From a virus (Duplodnaviria; Heunggongvirae; Uroviricota; Caudoviricetes): a stretch of DNA of 32,977 bases. The notes beneath the pieces are model-generated. The model made no database searches, was not told the DNA's origin, and saw only the letters and a list, made by a program, of their open reading frames with translations. Each line of letters starts with the position of its first letter. The first letter of the stretch is position 1. A program made the position numbers and the translations under genes. The stretch covers positions 1 to 32,977 of the IMG/VR virus record IMGVR_UViG_2713896908_000011; one strand, written 5' to 3'. Below are positions 17,141-24,575 of the stretch, one piece after another.

Positions 17141-18136
17141 TTACGCCAGTACGCCTATTGCCAGCGCACGATCGATAAAACGAAATATCAGCTCCAGCTG
17201 GGAGCCATACCTCTCTTCAAATGCCACGGTATCCGCATGCAGCTCGTCGTGATGCTTTCTGCACAAAGGCAACACAAAGAGGTCATGCGCTTTTGTACCC
17301 ATTCCACCCTGACCGTGACCTATCAGGTGGTGGGGATCATCAGCTGGCTTTCCACAACATGCACACGGCTGTGTCTTAACCCAGCGCGTGTATTTTTCAT
17401 TAACCCAGCGGCGACGTTTTGGGCGTAACATAAAAGACTCCGGCGACTCCGGATCCACTTTCAGCGCCAGCACCTTTTTCGCTTTATCCTGGATGATGCT
17501 GGTGGCAGGAACCGAAGGCACAAGGTCACTTTCCCGGGCGACAGACGGCACAACAGGCTTTGGTAATCTCAGTGCCTTACGGGCTGCACTTTCCGGTAAG
17601 GCATCCGCCAGGTCATTACGAATCAGCCACCAGCACAGTTCCGGCATTGTCACAACGTGACTGTCATCAAAACCGAGATCCCGACGCACAACAGACAACA
17701 CCCAGCGGGCACAGTTATCCGTTGCCATTGATTCCAGCCGTTCCGTGAACTGATCGCGCAGCTGGTTATCGCAGTGCCAGCACAGACGGATTGCGCCCGG
17801 AGCGTGTCGCATTGTGGTCATGTTCTCGCTGTGCCAGTCGGAATGAGGCCACTGACAGCCCTTTTCACGAAGTAACCAGCTTTCAAGACATTCCACTCCA
17901 CCCGCACGACGAATAACTGCCTCATTACGGAACACGGCCCGAACGGCAGGATCATCCGCCAGCGGTTGTGATGCCGCCGGAACGGCACCACTGGCGAAAG
18001 ATGAATAACGTTCCGGCTCAGGCTCCAGCAGGACACGCCCCTGCATAAACAGGGGCATCAGCTCTGAACCTGGCCTGAACAATACGATCCCCATACGCGG
18101 GGCAATTTCAGGGGTCAGTAGCGCTCTCACGGTCAC
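17141..18136 (-). CDS. DUF968-domain protein (YdfU-like) with HNH-like C-terminus
   Basis: 331 aa; C-terminal ...CACCGKPADDPHHLIGHGQGGMGTKAHD...LCRKHHDELH... looks HNH/zinc-finger-like. Occupies the nin-region position upstream of Q as ydfU does in Qin (recalled). Confidence 0.6.
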   Translation of the reverse strand: MTVRALLTPEIAPRMGIVLFRPGSELMPLFMQGRVLLEPEPERYSSFASGAVPAASQPLADDPAVRAVFRNEAVIRRAGGVECLESWLLREKGCQWPHSDWHSENMTTMRHAPGAIRLCWHCDNQLRDQFTERLESMATDNCARWVLSVVRRDLGFDDSHVVTMPELCWWLIRNDLADALPESAARKALRLPKPVVPSVARESDLVPSVPATSIIQDKAKKVLALKVDPESPESFMLRPKRRRWVNEKYTRWVKTQPCACCGKPADDPHHLIGHGQGGMGTKAHDLFVLPLCRKHHDELHADTVAFEERYGSQLELIFRFIDRALAIGVLA

Positions 18137-18137
18137 C

Positions 18138-18947
18138 TCAATGAACGGTATCGAGCAGCTTTAACAGCTCAGGGAATCGGGATTCGAAGAAATGCGGCTG
18201 CGTCTCGCGCGGATTTGCGGGACTGGTGATGTTCTTGCCGAACATGCAGCCTTTCGCCGTCAGCGACCAGAATTTTTTGATGTTGTTAATCGCAGTGCGG
18301 CTGTATCGTTCACGTTGTTCAACGATCCCCAGCTTCGCCATCTGGTGATATGCCTGATTAGCTGTCAGGCGGATACCATACTGCTTCAGCAGTGCACTCA
18401 GTGACAGCGTGGGGCGGCTTGAGCCATCAGGCGCGTCAGCAGGAGCATCAATGGCATAGCGCGGTGCCAGATTCGGTAAGCCAACAGCCTCCTGGAGTTT
18501 CTGACAGGCACCAAGCACTGAAGAGTTAGACAGGTTTAACTCCCGGCGCATAAAGTCCAGCAGGATCACGCCAGCCTGCATCTTGTCAGCAGCCTGCCCG
18601 GATAATTTTTCCGGTGTGCTGGTTATCATATCGAAAGTACGGATCACCTTCAGATGGAATGACGGGCTGATCCACATTGCATAGGCATACACCAGTTCCT
18701 TGCAGACATAAGTTCCCCGTTCATTTCCCCCATGAATCACACTCACCGGGTCAACACCCAAATTCTGGGTGTTGGTCAATTCATGAACAAGCTCAACAGT
18801 CTGTTGGCTGGAAAGAAACTTTCCCGGCTCCTTGGTTCTGGCATTTGCACCAGATGCTACTGCTGCGCGATGCAGATCGTTCAGGCTGTAACGCCCATAA
18901 GCATCACGACGAACTTCAATACCATCAATGACCATCAGATTATTCAT
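18138..18947 (-). CDS. KilA-N domain protein
   Basis: N-terminal MNNLMVIDGIEVRRDAYGRYSLNDLHRAAVASG...HGGNERGTYVCKELVYAYAMWISPSFHLKVI fits the KilA-N DNA-binding domain pattern. Confidence 0.7.
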   Translation of the reverse strand: MNNLMVIDGIEVRRDAYGRYSLNDLHRAAVASGANARTKEPGKFLSSQQTVELVHELTNTQNLGVDPVSVIHGGNERGTYVCKELVYAYAMWISPSFHLKVIRTFDMITSTPEKLSGQAADKMQAGVILLDFMRRELNLSNSSVLGACQKLQEAVGLPNLAPRYAIDAPADAPDGSSRPTLSLSALLKQYGIRLTANQAYHQMAKLGIVEQRERYSRTAINNIKKFWSLTAKGCMFGKNITSPANPRETQPHFFESRFPELLKLLDTVH

Positions 18948-18966
18948 ACTTCGTTTCTCCTCTTAA

Positions 18967-19356
18967 TCAGGCGGCTGCACCCGCCGGTTTCTCGTACTTA
19001 CTGATAGTGATCTCGACCTTCCCTTCCGGGATAACCGGTCCCCACTCCACCAGCATTCTTTTCACCTGACTGTCGTCTTCCCACACACCCGCGTGGGTCA
19101 GGGCGTCAAACAGCGCCTTGTTATAGTTGTCCAGATCGCGGATCCGGTTATCCGGAGGAAACAACACGATCTCCACTGAAGCAGGTGCCGACGTTGGTTT
19201 TGGCAGACGACGTAACTGCTCAACTATTGCTGCACACGCCGCGCTCTGAAATTTGCGCCCCGCTGCGCTTATCAGGCTCTTACCTGCAAACGCCCCTTTG
19301 TTGGGGTGTCGCCAGTACGTGTTCACGCTGGGCGGAAACGGCAGAATCAGCTTCAT
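18967..19356 (-). CDS. rusA: RusA-family Holliday junction resolvase
   Basis: 129 aa; LPFPPSVNTYW near the N-terminus and DLDNYNKALFDALTHAGVWEDDSQV (RusA catalytic Asp region); nin-region position. Confidence 0.8.
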   Translation of the reverse strand: MKLILPFPPSVNTYWRHPNKGAFAGKSLISAAGRKFQSAACAAIVEQLRRLPKPTSAPASVEIVLFPPDNRIRDLDNYNKALFDALTHAGVWEDDSQVKRMLVEWGPVIPEGKVEITISKYEKPAGAAA

Positions 19357-19431
19357 ACTTTCAGGCCCCTCTCATGTAACCAGTGAGCTGCACGCAGCCT
19401 GGCGTTTTCCTCTGGCATTGAGTTAACGTCG

Positions 19432-20085
19432 TCATGCCGCCATCTCCCTGACCAGTTTTTCTGCCTGCTGGCGAACCTGCGCCAGAAAGGCCTCACCACA
19501 TGCCTCAAGTTCATCGCGCCCGATGTAGCTGATTGCCGGTCCCTTCCAGGTCTTGTCGAAAACAGCAATAGCACCAGCAAAGAAAGCGCCTGTCGGCACC
19601 TGCTTCTCGTCCTTCGGGATAAACCAGGCAGGCAGTTCAAAACCAATACGCCCGCGAATAAAAGCAATATGGTCCGCATCTTCCGGCCACCACACTTCAC
19701 TGGTGGCAGCTTTGATCAGGAAAACATAGCGCCCGCCTTTATCACGCATGGCACTGGCATGTTTCATGATGTAACGCATGCCGGTGATGTATTGCCCCTC
19801 ATGCTGACTGGCGCGGCTGTATGGGGGATTACCAAAGGCAGCACCTTTAAGCTCCGCAAGACGTTCTGACCAGTCATGCGCCAGCGCGTTGTCTTCCGCC
19901 GTGTAATACGCGGCACATTTGGCGTTATCACCGTCGGTGAACAGATCCAGAACAAACGGGCCAAACAGGGTGTTAATTCCCCAGAAAATGTTGTCCGGCG
20001 TGCGCCACTGATCGCCCACTTCCTTCAGTTCATGGGCTGGTTTGTTCCGCAGTTCCACCAGCGCCTGGCAATATTTATTACTCAT
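19432..20085 (-). CDS. phage N6-adenine DNA methyltransferase (Dam-like)
   Basis: Motif IV FGNPPYSR (the DPPY/NPPY signature of N6-adenine methyltransferases). Start set at the Met whose ATG overlaps the upstream gene stop (TAATG); the track start at 20118 is the alternative. Confidence 0.8.
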   Translation of the reverse strand: MSNKYCQALVELRNKPAHELKEVGDQWRTPDNIFWGINTLFGPFVLDLFTDGDNAKCAAYYTAEDNALAHDWSERLAELKGAAFGNPPYSRASQHEGQYITGMRYIMKHASAMRDKGGRYVFLIKAATSEVWWPEDADHIAFIRGRIGFELPAWFIPKDEKQVPTGAFFAGAIAVFDKTWKGPAISYIGRDELEACGEAFLAQVRQQAEKLVREMAA

Positions 20086-20579
20086 TAAGCCCCCACGTAA
20101 TTCCCTGACAGATACCACTCTTCACCCGATGCAGCGCGCTTGCTGCTTTTCCGTAAGCACCGCTCACGACGCGCCAGAAAATTGTTTCGTTCTGGCTGGG
20201 AGTGGCTTTCACGGAATGCCGCCATCCACACCGTTGCAGCACGACGGTATAAGCCCCTGGACTCCAGTTCTTCAGCCTGGCGGGTCAGGCACAAAATCAC
20301 TCGGGGATCGTTAGTGCCGACATAGAAATTGCGCACAGGTCTGGTTTCACGAACTGGTTGTGGTTCCGGCTCCTGCGCTCTCTCAGTCAGGCGCGGGAAA
20401 TGTCTGCGTGTATCTCCTTCACAACGGTGAGCCACACGCCCACTCTGACGTAACTTGCTTGCTGACTGCAGAACGCGCTGCCGTGAGTAACCTGCAAAAG
20501 CATCCGCAATGTCTCCGGAAGTACACCCCGGATGGGCTTCAATGAATTTCTGAACGTCATTCAAAAGACTCATAATCAC
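20085..20579 (-). CDS. PerC-family transcriptional regulator homolog
   Basis: C-terminal ...AEELESRGLYRRAATVWMAAF...ERNNFLARRERCL resembles the PerC/Pch signature (LE..GLWRRAA..W). The N-terminal ~60 aa look like an extra winged-helix-type segment. Confidence 0.6.
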   Translation of the reverse strand: MIMSLLNDVQKFIEAHPGCTSGDIADAFAGYSRQRVLQSASKLRQSGRVAHRCEGDTRRHFPRLTERAQEPEPQPVRETRPVRNFYVGTNDPRVILCLTRQAEELESRGLYRRAATVWMAAFRESHSQPERNNFLARRERCLRKSSKRAASGEEWYLSGNYVGA

Positions 20580-21517
20580 CCCCTGAATCCTGCCGGGATC
20601 TGGCTGTAGTCCACGTTGTCGTAACTGGCTTTGAAATACGAGTCTTCGCGTTTTTCGGTGTACGTGCTGACGGACGGCGATAAGCGCAGGGAAAGCTCAT
20701 CCCATTTTTCCCGCAGCTTCGACGGGCTGAGCACGTTACGGCACCAGAACGGATCGCGACTGACGCGGCTGTACATCTCGCAGATTTGTTTGTGAGTACG
20801 ACCATCCTGCACACACATCAGGCGAATTTCGTTTGCCCAGGCTGTCCAGTTCGGTTCTTTGGGACGAACCACCTCGCCGTCACATTCGGCGGCCTGCTCG
20901 TACAGGGCGATGATTTTTTTCCAGAGCCACTGTGCGCAGGTCAAATCATCCTGCGTTCCCCACTGGCGCTTTTTAGGGCTGAATACAACCGCATCAGGAT
21001 GGCGAGTTAAAAACTCCTGTTCAGCCGTCTGCGTGTCCGGTTGCGAAGCGTCCGGACGAGAAGGTTTTTTATCTGACGGATCATGTTTTGATTTTACTGA
21101 CGGATCCCCGCCAGATTCTGACGGGTGAAAACCCGCTTTTTTGCCAGATTTTGACGCATCAAATTTTGACGGGTCAGATTTTGATGCGTCAGATTTTGAC
21201 GGGTCAGAATCTGACAGTTGAGAAAAAGCTGCAGCCTGAAGCTTCGCAACGTTAAGCTGATAAACATTCGACGCATTGCGGTTACCCTGGCGACGCGCCT
21301 TACGCGTTAACCAGCCTTCTGCTTCCAGCCGTGCGATAGCCATTCTGACGGTACTCATCCCCGCGCCAATCTGGCGGGCAATGGTTTCAATTGATGGCCA
21401 GCACACACCTTCGTCATTACTGAAATCAGCCAGGCGGGCCATAATTGCCACGCTGGATAATTTCATGCCTGATGCAGCGCAACCATCCCATACATAGCCG
21501 GTTAATTTAGTACTCAT
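20576..21517 (-). CDS. O: replication initiation protein (lambda O-like replisome organiser)
   Basis: N-terminal HTH (...SIETIARQIGAGMSTVRMAIARLEAEGWL...), a central low-complexity repeat (SDPSKSDASKSDPSKFDASKSGKK) encoded by DNA iterons, and a C-terminal domain; same layout as lambda O with an intragenic ori. Confidence 0.8.
   Translation of the reverse strand: MSTKLTGYVWDGCAASGMKLSSVAIMARLADFSNDEGVCWPSIETIARQIGAGMSTVRMAIARLEAEGWLTRKARRQGNRNASNVYQLNVAKLQAAAFSQLSDSDPSKSDASKSDPSKFDASKSGKKAGFHPSESGGDPSVKSKHDPSDKKPSRPDASQPDTQTAEQEFLTRHPDAVVFSPKKRQWGTQDDLTCAQWLWKKIIALYEQAAECDGEVVRPKEPNWTAWANEIRLMCVQDGRTHKQICEMYSRVSRDPFWCRNVLSPSKLREKWDELSLRLSPSVSTYTEKREDSYFKASYDNVDYSQIPAGFRG
21072..21219. repeat. 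iteron array (candidate origin of replication) inside the O-like gene
   Basis: Tandem ~15-bp direct repeats read directly: cagattttgacgcat (21145), caaattttgacgggt (21160), cagattttgatgcgt (21175), cagattttgacgggt (21190), cagaatctgacagtt (21205), plus degenerate copies at 21072..21126. Confidence 0.75.
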
Positions 21518-21526
21518 GACCGACCT

Positions 21527-21865
21527 CTATTTCCCTGAATTTACGACGAAACTGTTCGAGCGGACTGAAGCATTCATGCTCATAGCCTTCGCGGAGGTAG
21601 ATAACCCGTTGTGTTTCCGGTTCCCAACGAATGACTCTGACGGGTACTCCGTAGTGATCTTTGAACCAGCGGTTAACTTGTCGCAAAGGACTGTCTCCTT
21701 TTGTCGGTTGAAATCACCCACAGCCCACTCTGCAAAGCTGTGGGTTACAATTTCCCTGTCACCTGGTACATTCACTGCATAGCAATACTCCACCTTCGCT
21801 TTTCCACCCGGTACAGGAAGCGCAATCAGTTGCGAGCGACGGTAGTGTGTTGTTAAACTGTTCAT
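21527..21865 (-). CDS. hypothetical protein, translationally coupled to the CII-like gene
   Basis: 112-aa ORF whose ATG overlaps the upstream stop (ATGA); no recognisable motif. The plus-strand ORF 21516..21782 is judged antisense. Confidence 0.45.
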   Translation of the reverse strand: MNSLTTHYRRSQLIALPVPGGKAKVEYCYAVNVPGDREIVTHSFAEWAVGDFNRQKETVLCDKLTAGSKITTEYPSESFVGNRKHNGLSTSAKAMSMNASVRSNSFVVNSGK

Positions 21866-22470
21866 GCGTTAGTTTCTCCACAGTCACGACACGCCACGGC
21901 GCCCGGAGCTGCACACTCGCGGGCGTCATTACTTTCTGAAATGCAAAAAATTTTGTAGACCAGTGCAGCATGCTCCTGCAGCTTCGAAATTGAGAGATAC
22001 AGCTCGTCGTTGATTGCTGTCTTCTCATGCGGTTCCACCACACCGTCTTCGATTGCCGAACGAATCTGTTTGGAATAACTGCCAATCTGTTCAATGACTT
22101 CCAGCAGGCGCTGGTTAATATCGGCGTTGTCCACATCCTCGACGTCAGGAAGAGACACAAAGACGCCATTTGCCGACTGCGCCACAGCGTCAGCAATGAA
22201 GTGAGTTCCACCAGCACGTTGCAAAATCATTGCCCATCCCAGCGGGAAAATCTGATCGCCATCGGCACGAAGGCGGTTAAATAATGCGCTCTCTGTTACA
22301 TCCAGCCAGTCAGCTGCTTCAGCGTAACCACCCGGCAACTTTGCGATAGTTTTTCTGACAGCTTTCACGTACCACTCAGGCTGTTTTTCTACTTTCCAGT
22401 GATGCTTACCCACGGTTAGCCTCATCGTTCTGTGGTTTCTGTTAATCGATTTATCCATTAGATTTTTCAT
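21862..22470 (-). CDS. CII-like/YdaT-like early regulatory protein
   Basis: First gene after cro in the rightward operon. Start is uncertain (candidate ATGs at 22470 or 22458; the track start at 22527 is a GTG overlapping cro). Family placement (Phage_CP76-type CII versus YdaT-like) is not resolved. Confidence 0.45.
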   Translation of the reverse strand: MKNLMDKSINRNHRTMRLTVGKHHWKVEKQPEWYVKAVRKTIAKLPGGYAEAADWLDVTESALFNRLRADGDQIFPLGWAMILQRAGGTHFIADAVAQSANGVFVSLPDVEDVDNADINQRLLEVIEQIGSYSKQIRSAIEDGVVEPHEKTAINDELYLSISKLQEHAALVYKIFCISESNDARECAAPGAVACRDCGETNA

Positions 22471-22651
22471 AAAGCTCAGGTTTAAATGGCAACCGTCCGC
22501 AAGTTCTATATGCAGCTTCTGCTGCACGTCCTTTTGGAATTAACTGGCCCGGACGGTTTCGCCACTGATAAACGGCTTCAGTTGTTATGCCGAAAAAAGC
22601 AGCAACTTTCTCAATACTGCCGAAGTAGCTTTCGATATCGTCAGTTGTCAT
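22451..22651 (-). CDS. cro: Cro-like/YdaS-like HTH repressor
   Basis: 66 aa, divergent from the cI-like gene across a 97-bp intergenic region; ...EKVAAFFGITTEAVYQWRNRPGQLIP... fits the Cro/YdaS-type HTH. Confidence 0.7.
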   Translation of the reverse strand: MTTDDIESYFGSIEKVAAFFGITTEAVYQWRNRPGQLIPKGRAAEAAYRTCGRLPFKPELYEKSNG

Positions 22652-22748
22652 ACGCCCTCCAAACTAAGTTTTATTAGATGCTAATTACAAATCTATCTTT
22701 GGTCAATAAAAACTAAGATTACTTAGCAATTCAAGAAATGGTGCTCCT
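22652..22748. promoter_or_regulatory. divergent promoter/operator region (OR-like) between cro and cI
   Basis: Contains palindrome ATTAG-atg-CTAAT (22673..22685) and inverted repeat CTAAG-atta-CTTAG (22713..22726), plus a further CTAAG at 22664. Confidence 0.55.
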
Positions 22749-23375
22749 ATGGAAACGGTTGGTCAGCGTATAAAAGCTCTGAGAAGAGTTACCAGAACGT
22801 CCCAGAAAGAATTGGGTAAATTTTGTGGAGTAAGCGACGTTGCTGTGGGGTACTGGGAGAAAGACATCAATACCCCTGGTGGGGAGGCACTTTCGAAATT
22901 AGCGAAGTTCTTCAATACGTCAATAGATTACATTCTTTATGGTGCTGAGTTTGAAGGCAAACTCGTCACAAACATGCGCAGAGTTCCTGTAATATCGTGG
23001 GTTCAGGCTGGGCAGTTTACTGAGTGCAGGGCAGCAGAAGTGTTTAGTGAAGTGGACAAGTGGGTAGATACATCATTAAAGATTGGTGATAACTCATTTG
23101 CATTAGAGGTTAAAGGTGACTCCATGACTAACCCTAATGGCCTCCCAACAATACCAGAAGGCGCAACAGTGATTGTAGATCCAGATGCAGAACCTCGTCA
23201 TGGAAAAATAGTCATCGCTCGACTTGATGGAACAAACGAAGCTACAGTAAAAAAATTAGTCATCGATGGCCCTCAAAAGTTTTTAGTGCCATTAAATCCT
23301 CGGTATCCCAACATCCCTATCAATGGTAATTGCCTTATCATTGGTGTAGTCAAAGGAGTTCAATACGAACTCTAA
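22749..23375 (+). CDS. cI: CI-like repressor (N-terminal XRE HTH, C-terminal S24 LexA-like peptidase)
   Basis: N-terminal HTH (QRIKALRRVTRTSQKELGKFCGVSDVAVGYWEKD), candidate Ala-Gly cleavage site (VQAGQF), catalytic Ser in GDSM and Lys in ATVKKL. Confidence 0.9.
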   Translation: METVGQRIKALRRVTRTSQKELGKFCGVSDVAVGYWEKDINTPGGEALSKLAKFFNTSIDYILYGAEFEGKLVTNMRRVPVISWVQAGQFTECRAAEVFSEVDKWVDTSLKIGDNSFALEVKGDSMTNPNGLPTIPEGATVIVDPDAEPRHGKIVIARLDGTNEATVKKLVIDGPQKFLVPLNPRYPNIPINGNCLIIGVVKGVQYEL

Positions 23376-23540
23376 GACCTCTCTTCTCTAACTAAGGCAC
23401 CAAGCTAAGAAAAGTTTGGTGTTTTCTCTTGCCATAACAACTAAGTTAAGTTAGATTTTATATCAAAGATAACAAACAGGCAGGACGCCCACGAAGTAGC
23501 CGCCAGGGGCATATGAAGTCCTGGATGATTCGTTAGTAAC

Positions 23541-23564
23541 AAAAAAAGCGTCGTACAGGACGCT
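23541..23564. terminator. candidate bidirectional terminator between cI and the convergent moron gene
   Basis: Hairpin AGCGTC-GTACAG-GACGCT preceded by A7 on the plus strand (U7 after the hairpin on the minus transcript) and followed by a weaker T-rich tract on the plus strand. Confidence 0.5.
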
Positions 23565-23588
23565 TCGCTCTTTAACAATCTGGATGAC

Positions 23589-24104
23589 TTATCGGTCAGA
23601 TTTAAACTGGGGTTCTGGCAAAACTGGTGGTGTTGAATCTTCAAATCGTAACCAGTGTTCCCAAATATCATGTGTTCGTAATTTCTGTAGACTAATTTGA
23701 CGCGATGCAATTGCGGAATTAGTGGTTACTCCACCAGAAGCATCGCCCTCTACTGACGTTGAGGCTTTTTCTACTAATTCTGACCAAGCTTCACTTTCTG
23801 CGTCAAAAGCTTCTGTTAAGTCCCGCAGACGCTGTGGCTCATTTTTATGGTCTTCCTTCAAACGATTCAAAGCGGCAGTTGAATACTTATTCCTGACCCA
23901 TTCGATCTGAGTTAGCTGAATCCGCAGACAATTATCTATATCAATGGTTGTGTTCTGAGGCATGTCAGAACAAGAAATATAAAAGGTCACAACTCCACCG
24001 TTCAAACTACTGCCCGGTTCGATTAAAACATTAGAGGAATTTGACGTAGTCGGCAATATTAATGCTAACGACAAAACCACATGTTTAACAGAAATCGCAC
24101 CCAT
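23589..24104 (-). CDS. hypothetical exported or membrane-anchored protein (moron between cI and the early-left operon)
   Basis: 171 aa with AGAGGG Shine-Dalgarno. N-terminus MGAISVKHVVLSLALILPTTS resembles a signal peptide or signal anchor. Convergent with cI and followed by a terminator; this is the slot that rexAB/sieB-type exclusion genes occupy in lambdoid phages. Confidence 0.6.
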   Translation of the reverse strand: MGAISVKHVVLSLALILPTTSNSSNVLIEPGSSLNGGVVTFYISCSDMPQNTTIDIDNCLRIQLTQIEWVRNKYSTAALNRLKEDHKNEPQRLRDLTEAFDAESEAWSELVEKASTSVEGDASGGVTTNSAIASRQISLQKLRTHDIWEHWLRFEDSTPPVLPEPQFKSDR

Positions 24105-24430
24105 TTAAATTGCCCTCTAAAGAACAAGGTCATCCAGATTAACCGAAACCTGGTTATTGGGGAATAACCAAATCCACCTCGCCTGATGTGGCTAAAAGCA
24201 GGCACATAACAGCTAAGTATTTTCAACCAGAGAGAATCCTTAGCGTTGTGGTGAATGCGCAGGCTGATGCGCGAAAGACATTGCAGCTATTGCGGAAAAG
24301 AGCTGTTCGGCGGGGCAATTAAATGCCTGTGAGAGTCTGAAATAACCGCAAGCCGGAGATCAGCACCGGTCACCACAACAGCCACTGCTTTGGCGGTACC
24401 AGTTTGTACACTTACTTCCGGCTGGTACCG

Positions 24431-24535
24431 CTCTTTTTACAAAACAGAGAAGAGCATCACCGGACGACGGGCTCATAACCCAATCCATCCGGGCGGCTGC
24501 CACCGCAGGTGTTCTTCTCTGTTTTGTGGAGAAAC
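24431..24535 (+). ncRNA. candidate structured RNA element in the early-left leader (long inverted repeat)
   Basis: Perfect 15-bp inverted repeat ACAAAACAGAGAAGA (24439..24453) / TCTTCTCTGTTTTGT (24513..24527), extendable with G-U pairs, enclosing a GC-rich 59-nt segment; located ~40 nt upstream of the first early-left gene. Confidence 0.35.
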
Positions 24536-24575
24536 TAACCGACCTTGCAGGGTCGATATGATGAGGAGCAGCAAA

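Noticed and set aside
19353-19700. 115-aa ORF overlapping the 3' half of the methyltransferase gene
   Set aside because: It overlaps the motif-supported methyltransferase frame. Only its last ~21 codons (19353..19418) lie in the intergenic gap; a tiny coupled peptide is possible but unsupported.
20085-20579. Possibility that the 164-aa protein is a lambda P-type or DnaC-type helicase loader
   Set aside because: No Walker A/B motifs or P-like features seen; the C-terminal motif fits the PerC family better. Kept as an open question in the findings.
21516-21782. Plus-strand 88-aa ORF between the O-like and CII-like genes
   Set aside because: Opposite in orientation to the surrounding rightward operon and overlapping the translationally coupled minus-strand ORF 21527..21865.
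23441-23710. 89-aa minus-strand ORF overlapping the 3' end of the exported-protein gene
   Set aside because: Different frame overlapping a gene with a good ribosome-binding site, and it runs through the terminator hairpin at 23541..23564.
24390-24575. N-terminal extension of the track ORF 24390..24938 (and antisense ORFs 24360..24764, 24473..24841)
   Set aside because: The extension covers the long inverted repeat and has no ribosome-binding site, whereas the internal ATG at 24576 has a GAGGAG Shine-Dalgarno; the antisense ORFs overlap the supported gene.
24105-24575. Lambda N-like antiterminator gene between cI and the early-left operon
   Set aside because: No small Arg-rich ORF with an ARM motif is present on the plus strand in this interval; the only ORFs are antisense or lack start signals.
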